From NCBI GenBank assembly GCA_020352895.1, contig CP070685.1, positions 1,819,120 through 1,844,244 on the forward strand: a DNA stretch of 25,125 bases, read 5' to 3'. The stretch is from Phycisphaerales bacterium. GTDB lineage: Bacteria > Planctomycetota > Phycisphaerae > UBA1845 > G020352895. The translations under genes were made by a program, and so were the position numbers. The notes beneath the pieces are model-generated. The model was not told the DNA's origin and did no database searches. It saw only the letters and a list, made by a program, of their open reading frames with translations. Each line of letters begins with the position of its first letter. The first letter of the stretch is position 1. Shown here piece after piece: positions 1 through 7,234 of the stretch.

Positions 1-903
1 CAGGACGTTGGAATAGCCGTGGGCTCGCACTCGCACGTGAGCGACTCGGTGGCAACCCTCAACGGGACGTACGGCATTTACCTCAGCTTTCATAGCGTCC
101 TGATCGGGTCGACCGCAGTGCAAAACGACGAGCATGGCGTGGGTATGTACAGCGGCTGTCGCGTGACCGACTGCACTGCCTCCGCCAACGGATGGGATGT
201 CGTCATTGGAAGCGGTTTCTACATCCTTGGCGAGAACAACCATCTCGAGGGCTGCGTGGCCACTCGCAATTGGGAACACGGATTCGTGAGCGCCGGTACT
301 GTGACGACAAATGCGGTGGAGGCGTGTACGGCCTCAGAGAATGGCGACAGTGGCGTCGGTGACGGATTTCGTTACTTCCAGAAGGTGGTCGGCTGCGTGG
401 CCAATAACAACCCCGGGGACGGCATCTCATTGATCGATGGCGTCTGCACCGCCAGCTCGGCCTTCCAGAACGCGAACCATGGCATCACGGCTTTGTTCAG
501 CACAGTGGCCGACTGTGATGCCAACTCCAACGGCGCCGACGGCATCTGGGCTGATGACTCTGTGGTCAGGAACAACAGCGTCGCGCTCAACACGGACGAC
601 GGGATCGAAGTCGGCGTCGGATGCCACGTCTGGGGCAACAAATCTGCCGAGAACCAGGACGATGGGATCGAGGTCGGTGGCGACGGCAACAACATCGAGG
701 GCAACAACCTCTACAACAACCTGGGCGACGCCATCGACACGTCGGCGGCCGGTGGCAACTCGATTCTCTCCAACCGCGAACGTGGCAACCCCGGAGGATA
801 CAACCTCAACTTGGCTGCGGATACATACGGGCGAATCTTCGCCGGACCGGGCATGGTTAACACCGGCGTCGCCGCTGACCATTTCGTGAACATCAGTTAC
901 TGA
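1..903 (+). CDS. Parallel beta-helix (PbH1-type) repeat protein, 5'-partial (the reading frame is open to the window edge)
   Basis: ORF 19..903 is open upstream. The translation shows many ~22-aa repeats of the form N..I.GN/G..DGI.. (for example 'NNIEGNNLYNNLGDAIDT' and 'DDGIEVGGDGNNIEGNN'), typical of right-handed beta-helix carbohydrate-binding or lyase-like surface proteins. A stop occurs at 901-903. Confidence 0.6.
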   Translation, partial: QDVGIAVGSHSHVSDSVATLNGTYGIYLSFHSVLIGSTAVQNDEHGVGMYSGCRVTDCTASANGWDVVIGSGFYILGENNHLEGCVATRNWEHGFVSAGTVTTNAVEACTASENGDSGVGDGFRYFQKVVGCVANNNPGDGISLIDGVCTASSAFQNANHGITALFSTVADCDANSNGADGIWADDSVVRNNSVALNTDDGIEVGVGCHVWGNKSAENQDDGIEVGGDGNNIEGNNLYNNLGDAIDTSAAGGNSILSNRERGNPGGYNLNLAADTYGRIFAGPGMVNTGVAADHFVNISY

Positions 904-919
904 GCAGCCCGACCGAGGC

Positions 920-965
920 GAGCCGCGCCGGGGTCCCCGCACTCCGGCGCGGCTCTCATTCTGTG
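920..965 (+). terminator. Candidate intrinsic terminator after the beta-helix gene
   Basis: Perfect 12-bp inverted repeat GAGCCGCGCCGG (920-931) / CCGGCGCGGCTC (944-955) with a 12-nt loop, followed by the T-containing tract TCATTCTGTG. It lies 17 nt after the stop codon. Confidence 0.45.
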
Positions 966-1040
966 CCGGCCGATGGGGGGTGCGACCTGCCGTAATAGCG
1001 CGTACCATGGCCACGCCTCGAATGGCTCGATAGGAACAGC

Positions 1041-3146
1041 ATGACGGCGCGGTCACGAAAGAAAGGCAGCCGCAGAGCCCAAGCGGCGGCATCCCAGCCT
1101 CCGCCCAGGCCAGCCGCCGGCATCCCCCTGCGCCGCGTCCTGGTCCCCGCCGGCGTCGCCGCTCTAGTGGTCATACACTTTGCCCTGGCAGTCACCAGCA
1201 CGCGCGATAAGTGCTGCACGTTCGACGAAGTCGCCCACCTCACCAAAGGCTACGCCTTCTGGAAGTTCGACGATCATCGCCTCATGCCCGAGCACCCTCC
1301 GCTGGCTCACGCCTGGGCTGCGTTGCCGCTGCTGAACGAAAAGCTGACCTTCCCCGGCCGTGAACAGCCCGCCTGGTACAAGTCGAAGACTTACGACCTG
1401 GGCAAGGAGTTCTTTTACGGGCTCGGCAACGACCCGGACGCCATGCTTCGCCAGTCCCGTCGCATGGTCGCCATTCTCAGTGTCGCCCTCGGCGTCCTGG
1501 TCTTCGGCTGGTCGCGCCGCCTCTTCGGCACGGCCGGCGGTTTCGTATCGCTCGCCCTCTACACGTTCAGCCCCACTGTGCTCGCTCACGGCCGGCTGGT
1601 CACCACTGATCTGGCCGTCTCGCTCTTCTTCCTCGCCTCGGTCGGAGCCCTGTGGCGCGTTCTGCACCACATCGGCCCGTTGTCGCTTCTCGCCGGCGCG
1701 GCTGCGCTGTCCGGCCTGTTCCTCTCCAAGATGTCTGCCGTGCTCATCATACCCACAGGGCTCGCCCTGGTGATCCTGCGTCTCATCGTTGGTGCTCCTC
1801 TGGAGATCCGCTTCGGCAGCCCGCGCTGGCTTCGCCGCCGTTGGCAGCAGGCCATCATTTTCCTCGCCGTGATGGTCCTTTTCATCGTGGCCGTCTGGGC
1901 GGTCATCTGGACCGTCTACGACTTCCGGTACGAGGCCATGCTCGACGCCCAGCCCGACCGCGACGTCTTCTTCAGCCCCAACCGCGTGCCGCCCGGCAAG
2001 ACCGTCTGGGAGCACATGGGTCGCAGCATCCCCGCCACCGCGGCCGTCGTTGACTGGATGCGGACTGCCCACATCCTCCCCGAGAGCTACGTCTTCGGCT
2101 GGCTCTTTACCGTCCAGAGCGCCCGCGGCCGCGACGCGTTCCTCAACGGCGACCGCCGGCTGACCGGCTGGTGGCATTTCTTCCCGCTGTGTTTCGCCCT
2201 CAAAGTGCCTCTCGCCGTCATGGCAGTCGTGATCCTGGCCCTCGTGGCCGTCCTGATGGGGCGGGCTCGAAAGCCTGATGTTACGGAGAAGGAGCAGGGG
2301 AAGGGCGCCCGCTCGCCGCGGGGCATTGAGCCCACTCTGTACGACACCGCACCGCTGTGGATGCTCATGCTCGTTTATTGGGCCGTGGCCGTAACCTCGA
2401 ATCTGAATATCGGCCATCGCCACCTGCTGCCCACCTTCCCGCCCATGTTCGTGCTGTGTGGAGCGGCCGGGGCGTGGATGTACGCGTCCCGCAAATGGCT
2501 CCGCCCCGTCGTCCCCGTCCTGCTCGCCGCGCTCGCCGTCGTTTCGCTGCGCATCTGGCCGCACTACCTTGCCTTCTTCAACACCGTTGCCGGCGGTCCG
2601 GCTAACGGGTACCGGCACCTCGTGGACAGCTCGCTCGACTGGGGTCAGGACCTGCCCGTACTGGCTCGATGGCTCGACGCCAACCGTGGCCGCGGCCGCG
2701 CCTACGCCGCCTACTTTGGCACGGGCGACTGGAAACACTACGGTGTCAAAGCCCTGCCCATGCCCTACTATCTGCGCTCGGACGGCACGGGCACCTACGT
2801 TCTGGAGCCCGGCGCCTACTGCGTCAGCGCCACCCGCCTGCAACTGGTTTACCTGATCCCTACTTGCGAATGGACGAACGACATGGAGGCCGAGTATCGG
2901 CAACTCAAGCCCGAAATGGACGCCTTCGCCGCAGTTCCCAATACGCGCGAAGCCCGCGCCGCGGCCCTCGAGCAAAAGGACGGAGGCTTTCGATCGAGAT
3001 TCAACCGTTTTGCCCGACTGCGTTTCGCCCGCCTGTGCGCCTACCTCCGCGAGCGCCGGCCCGACGACCACGTCAACTACTCGATTCTCGTTCATCGGTT
3101 GAATGAGGAGGACCTGGTGGCGGCCCTCGAAGGGCCGCTACCTTGA
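1041..3146 (+). CDS. GT-C fold integral-membrane glycosyltransferase (ArnT/PMT-like, GT39/GT83-type, lipid-carrier dependent)
   Basis: 701 aa with an ATG at 1041 and an upstream AGGA. The protein has many predicted transmembrane helices. Near the N-terminus the first-loop motif 'TFDEVAH...YAFWKFDDH' resembles the DE/DxD catalytic loop of PMT/ArnT family enzymes. A large C-terminal soluble domain is present. Confidence 0.7.
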   Translation: MTARSRKKGSRRAQAAASQPPPRPAAGIPLRRVLVPAGVAALVVIHFALAVTSTRDKCCTFDEVAHLTKGYAFWKFDDHRLMPEHPPLAHAWAALPLLNEKLTFPGREQPAWYKSKTYDLGKEFFYGLGNDPDAMLRQSRRMVAILSVALGVLVFGWSRRLFGTAGGFVSLALYTFSPTVLAHGRLVTTDLAVSLFFLASVGALWRVLHHIGPLSLLAGAAALSGLFLSKMSAVLIIPTGLALVILRLIVGAPLEIRFGSPRWLRRRWQQAIIFLAVMVLFIVAVWAVIWTVYDFRYEAMLDAQPDRDVFFSPNRVPPGKTVWEHMGRSIPATAAVVDWMRTAHILPESYVFGWLFTVQSARGRDAFLNGDRRLTGWWHFFPLCFALKVPLAVMAVVILALVAVLMGRARKPDVTEKEQGKGARSPRGIEPTLYDTAPLWMLMLVYWAVAVTSNLNIGHRHLLPTFPPMFVLCGAAGAWMYASRKWLRPVVPVLLAALAVVSLRIWPHYLAFFNTVAGGPANGYRHLVDSSLDWGQDLPVLARWLDANRGRGRAYAAYFGTGDWKHYGVKALPMPYYLRSDGTGTYVLEPGAYCVSATRLQLVYLIPTCEWTNDMEAEYRQLKPEMDAFAAVPNTREARAAALEQKDGGFRSRFNRFARLRFARLCAYLRERRPDDHVNYSILVHRLNEEDLVAALEGPLP

Positions 3147-3239
3147 CCCTTGTACCCCTCGATTGGGGCGCATTCGATCCGACCGGCCATGCGCTGGTCG
3201 ATGTTGCCGCCGCGTCTTTCGCGCAGCAGAAGCCTTCGC

Positions 3240-3283
3240 GTAAAAACGCGTCAGGCGCCCGAGGGTCTGACTCGGGTGCCTGG
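3240..3283 (-). terminator. Rho-independent terminator downstream of TadG-like paralog 1 (conserved repeat copy)
   Basis: On the minus strand the hairpin CAGGCACCCGAG-(7 nt loop)-CTCGGGCGCCTG (plus-strand coordinates 3252-3282, one A·C mismatch) is followed by ACGCGTTTTTACGCG (T5). The same element recurs at 5150-5193 and 7066-7109. Confidence 0.55.
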
Positions 3284-3405
3284 GACGCGAACTTCACGCT
3301 GTGGCTGTACTTGAGACGGAAGGTTAAAAGATCGACCGGCCTGGCCTTGACCCGGGTACGCGAGGTGTTCAATGCTCGCGTGCCTCGTGTCGTCCGTCGT
3401 AGGCG

Positions 3406-4599
3406 TCAGCGCACCAGGATGGGCGAGTGGTACACGTTTTCGCTGGTCGTACCGTCGCCGCCGGATATGGCCGCGTCATCCATGGCGATACCAGGCTGGA
3501 CCACGACGCACTTCCTGGTCATGGCTCCTGTGAGATCGACGTGCATGATGCGGACGCCGGTGAACTTCACGATGGTGAAAAGGGCATTGTTGCCCGTGTC
3601 CGAAGCCGCGCTGAAAAGCGGGATCGTCCTGGACTGCCCCACGATGGCCTCCAGCGCGTCCGCCATGCCCGCGCTGAGGCCGGTGTCACCGGTCAGAGTG
3701 AAAGGCCCGTCGGCCAGGCTGAGTTCCCCGCCATGGTATTCCAAGTCCTCGGCTGAGACCCCGTAGAGAAGCTGACGCTCAATGTCTGCCGTGGCGTTGT
3801 TGGCCCCGCCGATGTCCACCGTACCGAAATTGCCCGGCGGCAACTGGTCGTCACCGGACCCGGGGTACAGATTGATCTCCGGGAGTCCGTCCGGCCCCGG
3901 CGTTACCTCCCCCGTCTGGGGGTCATAGGCCCAGTTGTCCTCAAAGACCGAATTCTGTCCGGCCAGAGTGCCGGTGAGCGTGTCCCAGAACGTCTCCCGC
4001 AGGGCGAACGGTATCAGGCCCGCGGTGGCCGTCTCCGAGCGTACCCTGAAGCCGACGATGCCGTACTGAAACGCCGCCGTCGCTTCGGCCACGAGGTCGG
4101 CGGTATCGATGCCCAGAATTCGGGCGAACATCAACGCCACGGGCCCGTTGTACGTCGCGTCGCGCCGGACGCGTACCTTGACCGCGTTGAACTCCGTCAC
4201 ATCGGAGAAGGTCATCGGCTCCCCCGTGTTGTACAGGTGGGGGAGATAGCCGATTACCAAGTCTCCGTCCGGCGCGTTGCCCGGGTTGTAGTCGATTTGC
4301 GGGCCGATCCCCAGTACGGGGTTGCTTCCGGCCACCGCGGCCGCTCGCTGACGCACCAACTGGAAGCTGGTCAGCAACTCGCCCTCACCGTGTAGCCGCC
4401 TTTCGTGCAGCAGCTCCATGGCGCCCGCCAAGGCCGCCGCGTCGGCCGCCACCTGGAGCTCGGTCTTGCCGAGGTACAACCTGCCGGCGTCCACCGCCAG
4501 GGCCGCGAACCCCAGCAGCACCACCCCCGACGCAGCCACGTATACCAGGATCGCACCGCGGCGCTTGTATTTGTTTCTATGATCCGAAGACGCTGACAT
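3406..4599 (-). CDS. TadE/TadG-like (Flp pilus assembly 'Tad' N-terminal domain) protein, paralog 1 of 3
   Basis: The ORF track gives 3406..4863. The start was moved to the internal ATG at 4597-4599 (Met89 of the track ORF) because the two paralogs start at the equivalent position and a strong RBS (AAGGAG, 7 nt upstream) precedes it. The N-terminus 'KRRGAILVYVAASGVVLLGFAALAVDAGRLYLGKTELQVAADAAALAGA' is the hallmark hydrophobic segment plus LQxAADAAALAGA motif of the TadE/TadG family (pfam Tad). The product is 398 aa. Confidence 0.75.
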   Translation of the reverse strand: MSASSDHRNKYKRRGAILVYVAASGVVLLGFAALAVDAGRLYLGKTELQVAADAAALAGAMELLHERRLHGEGELLTSFQLVRQRAAAVAGSNPVLGIGPQIDYNPGNAPDGDLVIGYLPHLYNTGEPMTFSDVTEFNAVKVRVRRDATYNGPVALMFARILGIDTADLVAEATAAFQYGIVGFRVRSETATAGLIPFALRETFWDTLTGTLAGQNSVFEDNWAYDPQTGEVTPGPDGLPEINLYPGSGDDQLPPGNFGTVDIGGANNATADIERQLLYGVSAEDLEYHGGELSLADGPFTLTGDTGLSAGMADALEAIVGQSRTIPLFSAASDTGNNALFTIVKFTGVRIMHVDLTGAMTRKCVVVQPGIAMDDAAISGGDGTTSENVYHSPILVR

Positions 4600-4834
4600 G
4601 TTAACTCCTTTCCAACTTCCGCTTCCGCTCTCTCTCACCACTCCGCATTCAACCAGCGTAGGAGTCGCAGGAATCTGGTCTCTCCGGTGCCGTCCGTAAC
4701 GACTCCCCCCGGCCTGCCTTGCCATAGCAGTTCCGGGAAAGGCACATCGAACGCCGAGGCCTTCACATTGCGGGGACACCGCGACCTTGCGCGACGTCTT
4801 AATGGGCAGATGATCAATGAGGAGATCATGCAAC
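4600..4834 (-). promoter_or_regulatory. Conserved structured 5' leader (copy 1) between the predicted TSS and the ATG, a candidate cis-regulatory RNA
   Basis: About 230 nt. It aligns with the leaders at 6511-6745 and 9175-9358. Conserved blocks include GGCACCGGAG, CUGCGACUC and GGAAAGGAGUNAAC-AUG. Two small hairpins covary: CGCG/GCGCA stems before GGUGU, and GGCG-UYUGAUR-CGCC. Confidence 0.35.
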
Positions 4835-4863
4835 ATGCTATGCCCCTGTGATGCCTGAGGCAA
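4835..4863 (-). promoter_or_regulatory. Sigma70-like promoter of TadG-like paralog 1
   Basis: On the minus strand: -35 TTGCCT (4858-4863), a 17-nt spacer, -10 TAGCAT (4835-4840). The same -35/17/-10 geometry is kept in two other copies although the spacer sequence differs. Confidence 0.4.
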
Positions 4864-4880
4864 ACGTGTGCAGGAGATTA

Positions 4881-4892
4881 GCGCTGACAGCG
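4881..4892 (-). promoter_or_regulatory. Conserved imperfect palindrome about 26 nt upstream of the -35 centre, a candidate transcription-factor site at about -60
   Basis: GCGCTGACAGCG (CGCTG-A-CAGCG). Equivalent sites ACGTTGTCAGCGT at 6792-6804 and CCTGACAGCGTT at 9407-9418 sit at the same distance from their -35 elements. Confidence 0.3.
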
Positions 4893-5149
4893 TTACTGTA
4901 TTAAGGTGGTTCCGAGAAATGCCTGGGTAATGACGCGAGCGGGGTGCGCTGCACGCGATACAATCCGCTTGATGCCTAAACGTCCGAATCCAACGGAGCT
5001 CACTCTGCTTATCGGCTGTGTGTCCACAGACAGCGGGGTGGCACTGTTTCTGCCCTGATGGCTGTACCGCTCCCCTGGGGCGAGTTCGATCCGGCTGGCG
5101 AGCGCCGGTCGGTCTTGCGTGAGTTCCTTCGCGTAGCCGATGCGTCCGC

Positions 5150-5193
5150 GTAAAAACGCGTCAGGCGCCCGAGGGTCTGACTCGGGCGCCTGG
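5150..5193 (-). terminator. Rho-independent terminator downstream of TadG-like paralog 2
   Basis: Perfect 12-bp stem CAGGCGCCCGAG/CTCGGGCGCCTG (5162-5192) plus T5 on the minus strand (plus-strand TAAAAACGCG at 5151-5160). Confidence 0.55.
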
Positions 5194-5316
5194 AACGCGA
5201 ACTTCACTCTGCGGGTGTACCTGAAGGCGAAAGGATAAAAGGTCGACCGGTCCAGCCCCGTTCCAGGCACGCGAGCTGTTCAATGCTCGCGTGCCTCGCA
5301 TCGGCCGTCATAGGCG

Positions 5317-6510
5317 TCAGCGCACTAGGACGGGCGGGTGGTACACGTGTTCGCTGGTCGTACCGTCGCCGCCGAATATGGCCCCGTCATCCATGGCGAT
5401 AGCAGGCTGGAGCAGGACGCACTTGAACTTCATCGCCCCGGTGAGCTTCGCGTCCATGACACGGACGCCCGCGAACTTCACGATGGTGAATACGGAGTTG
5501 TCGCCCGGCCCCGAAACCTCGCTGAAAAGCGGGATCGTCCGGGGCTGCCCGATGATGGCGTCCAGCTCGTCCTTGAGGCCCGAGCTGAGGCCGGTGTCAC
5601 CGTTCAGGATGAACGGCCCGTCGGCCAGACTGAGCTCCCCGCCATGGTACGACAGGTCGTCGGCCGAGACCCCTTCGAGAAGCTGACGCTCAATGTCTGA
5701 AGTCGCGTTGTTGTCCCCACCGATGTCCACCGTACCGAAGTTACCCGGCGGCAACTGCTCTTCACCGACCCCGGGGTACAGATTCAACTCCGGGAGTCCG
5801 TCCTGGCCCGGCGTCACCTGCCCCGTCAGCGGGTCATAGGCATAGTTATCCTGGTAGTTCGCGTTCTCTCCGGCCACAGTGCCCATGAGCAGGTCCCAGA
5901 ACGACTCGCGCAGGGCCATCGGCATCAAGCCCACGGTGCCCGTCTCCGAGGGGGCCCTGAAGCCGATGATGCCGTGGTGAAACGCCGCCGTCGCTTCGGC
6001 CACGAGGTCGGCGGTCTCGATGCCAAGGACCCGCGCGAACATTAAGCCCACCGGCCCATTGTGCGTCGCGTCCCGCCGCACGCGTACTTTGACCGCATTG
6101 AACTCGGTCACATCGGAGAAGGAAATCGCCTCCCCCGTGTTGTACATGGTGCTGAGATAACCGATCACCAAGTCGCCGTCCGCCCCGTTGTCCGGGTTGT
6201 AGTCGATTTGTGGGCCGATCCCCAGAACGGGATTGCTGCCGGCCACCGCGCCCGCTTGCTGACGTGCCAACTGGAAGCTGGTCAGCAACTCGCCGTCACC
6301 GTGCAGCCGCCTCTCGTTCAGCAGCTCGTTGGCGCCCGCTAAGGCTGCCGCGTCGGCCGCTACCTGGAGCTCAGTCTTGCCCAGGTACAGCCTGCCGGCG
6401 TCCACCGCCAGGGCCGCGAACCCCATCAGCACCACCCCCGACGCAGCCACGTATACAACGATGGCTCCGCGGCGCTTGCAGCTATGTCTATGTTCAGAGT
6501 GCGTGGACAT
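5317..6510 (-). CDS. TadE/TadG-like protein, paralog 2 of 3
   Basis: 397 aa with an ATG at 6508-6510 preceded by AAAGGAG. The N-terminus is 'KRRGAIVVYVAASGVVLMGFAALAVDAGRLYLGKTELQVAADAAALAGA'. Identity to paralogs 1 and 3 is about 75% by eye over the full length. Confidence 0.8.
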   Translation of the reverse strand: MSTHSEHRHSCKRRGAIVVYVAASGVVLMGFAALAVDAGRLYLGKTELQVAADAAALAGANELLNERRLHGDGELLTSFQLARQQAGAVAGSNPVLGIGPQIDYNPDNGADGDLVIGYLSTMYNTGEAISFSDVTEFNAVKVRVRRDATHNGPVGLMFARVLGIETADLVAEATAAFHHGIIGFRAPSETGTVGLMPMALRESFWDLLMGTVAGENANYQDNYAYDPLTGQVTPGQDGLPELNLYPGVGEEQLPPGNFGTVDIGGDNNATSDIERQLLEGVSADDLSYHGGELSLADGPFILNGDTGLSSGLKDELDAIIGQPRTIPLFSEVSGPGDNSVFTIVKFAGVRVMDAKLTGAMKFKCVLLQPAIAMDDGAIFGGDGTTSEHVYHPPVLVR

Positions 6511-6745
6511 GTTTACTCCTTTCCGGCTTCCGCTTCAGCTCTCCCCTGCCAATCCGCGTCCCACTAGCGGACGAGTCGCAGGGATCCGGCCCCTCCGGTG
6601 CCGTCAGTAACGATCTTCCCCCGGTCAGCCCTGCCCTAGCAGTCCGGGGAAGGGCGCATCAAACGCCGGGGCCTCCACACTGAGGAAACACCGCGATCAT
6701 GGGCGCGGTTTTTATGGGCAGATGGTCAATGCAGAGACCATAGCA
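6511..6745 (-). promoter_or_regulatory. Conserved structured 5' leader (copy 2)
   Basis: See copy 1. It contains the CGCG-cccatgat-CGCG hairpin and the GGCG-tttgatg-CGCC hairpin. The leader has no open reading frame: an ATG is followed by a stop within 10 codons. Confidence 0.35.
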
Positions 6746-6774
6746 CATATAAGATTCTGTGATGCGCAAGGCAA
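6746..6774 (-). promoter_or_regulatory. Sigma70-like promoter of TadG-like paralog 2
   Basis: -35 TTGCCT (6769-6774), 17-nt spacer, -10 TATATG (6746-6751) on the minus strand. Confidence 0.4.
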
Positions 6775-7065
6775 GCGTGTGCAGGAGATTAACGTTGTCA
6801 GCGTCCTTGTAACAAGGTGGCTCCTAAAAAACGCCTGGGCGACGACGCATGTGGGATGCGCTTCACGCGATACAATCGGCCTCGATGTCCACCGTCCGCA
6901 TTCAACGAAGCTCTCTCTGCTTATCGGCCGTGTGTTGACAGACAGCGGGGTGGCACTGGTGCTGCCCTGACGGCTGCACCCCTCGCTTTGGGCGAGTCTG
7001 ATCCAGCTGGCCATGCGTCTGACGGTTCTGGGTGTGTGCGTTCTTCGCGCAGCGGAAGCGTCCGC

Positions 7066-7109
7066 GTAAAAACGCGTCAGGCGCCCGAGCGTTTGACTCG
7101 GGCGCCTGG
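7066..7109 (-). terminator. Rho-independent terminator downstream of TadG-like paralog 3
   Basis: Perfect stem CAGGCGCCCGAG (7078-7089) / CTCGGGCGCCTG (7097-7108), loop CGTTTGA, and T5 on the minus strand (plus-strand AAAAA at 7067-7071). Confidence 0.55.
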
Positions 7110-7234
7110 GACGCAAACTTCGCGCTGTGGCGGTACTTGAAGGCGATAGGGTGGAAGCTCTGGCGATCAGTCCCCCCGACCCGGGCACGCGAGCTGTTCG
7201 CTGCTGGCGTGCCTCGTGTCGACCGTCTTGGGTG

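Larger units (their letters stand above)
4600..5316 (-). repeat. Intergenic repeat module (terminator + about 250-bp upstream block + promoter + leader), copy between paralogs 1 and 2
   Basis: Long nucleotide-level alignment with 6511-7234 and partial alignment with 9175-9560 and 3150-3405. Segments such as CGCGTAAAAACGCGTCAGGCGCCCGAG are identical across copies. Confidence 0.7.
6511..7234 (-). repeat. Intergenic repeat module, copy between paralogs 2 and 3
   Basis: Aligns with 4600-5316 along its whole length. Confidence 0.7.

Noticed and set aside
1164-3095. 643-aa minus-strand ORF antisense to the GT-C glycosyltransferase gene
   Set aside because: Typical high-GC antisense shadow ORF. 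The translation is Gly/Arg/Ala/Pro-rich low-complexity, while the sense strand encodes a coherent polytopic membrane protein.
3073-3372. Minus-strand ORFs 3073-3372, 4893-5270 and 6712-7281 that share peptide stretches such as 'KFAFQAPESDPRAPDAFLR'
   Set aside because: They run straight through the perfect hairpin terminators and the promoter-upstream blocks. Their similarity reflects nucleotide conservation of the repeat, and their aa differences are not biased toward synonymous changes. No RBS or start context is conserved.
3427-3756. Conserved plus-strand ORFs 3427-3756, 5338-5700 and 7127-7522 ('MVHVFAGRTVAA.YG.VIHGD.RL..DAL...')
   Set aside because: They are antisense to the conserved C-termini of the three TadG-like paralogs, so their conservation is inherited from the sense gene.
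3143-3766. Plus-strand ORFs 3143-3766, 6817-7140 and 7032-7259 sharing 'KNASGAR..DSGAWDANF'
   Set aside because: Same reason: translations of the conserved terminator repeat on the opposite strand, extending antisense into the TadG-like genes.
4635-4829. 64-aa minus-strand ORF inside leader copy 1
   Set aside because: It is not conserved: leader copy 2 has a stop 9 codons after its only ATG, and copy 4 has no equivalent. The leader is better explained as non-coding.
4600-4834. Attempt to call the conserved leader a c-di-GMP (GEMM) or other known riboswitch
   Set aside because: I could not match any riboswitch consensus from memory. It remains an unclassified candidate that needs an Rfam/cmscan run.
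4600-4863. N-terminal extension of the paralog-1 ORF as given in the track (start at 4863, 485 aa)
   Set aside because: The extension lies in the conserved non-coding leader and promoter. The paralogs and the RBS position support the ATG at 4597-4599.
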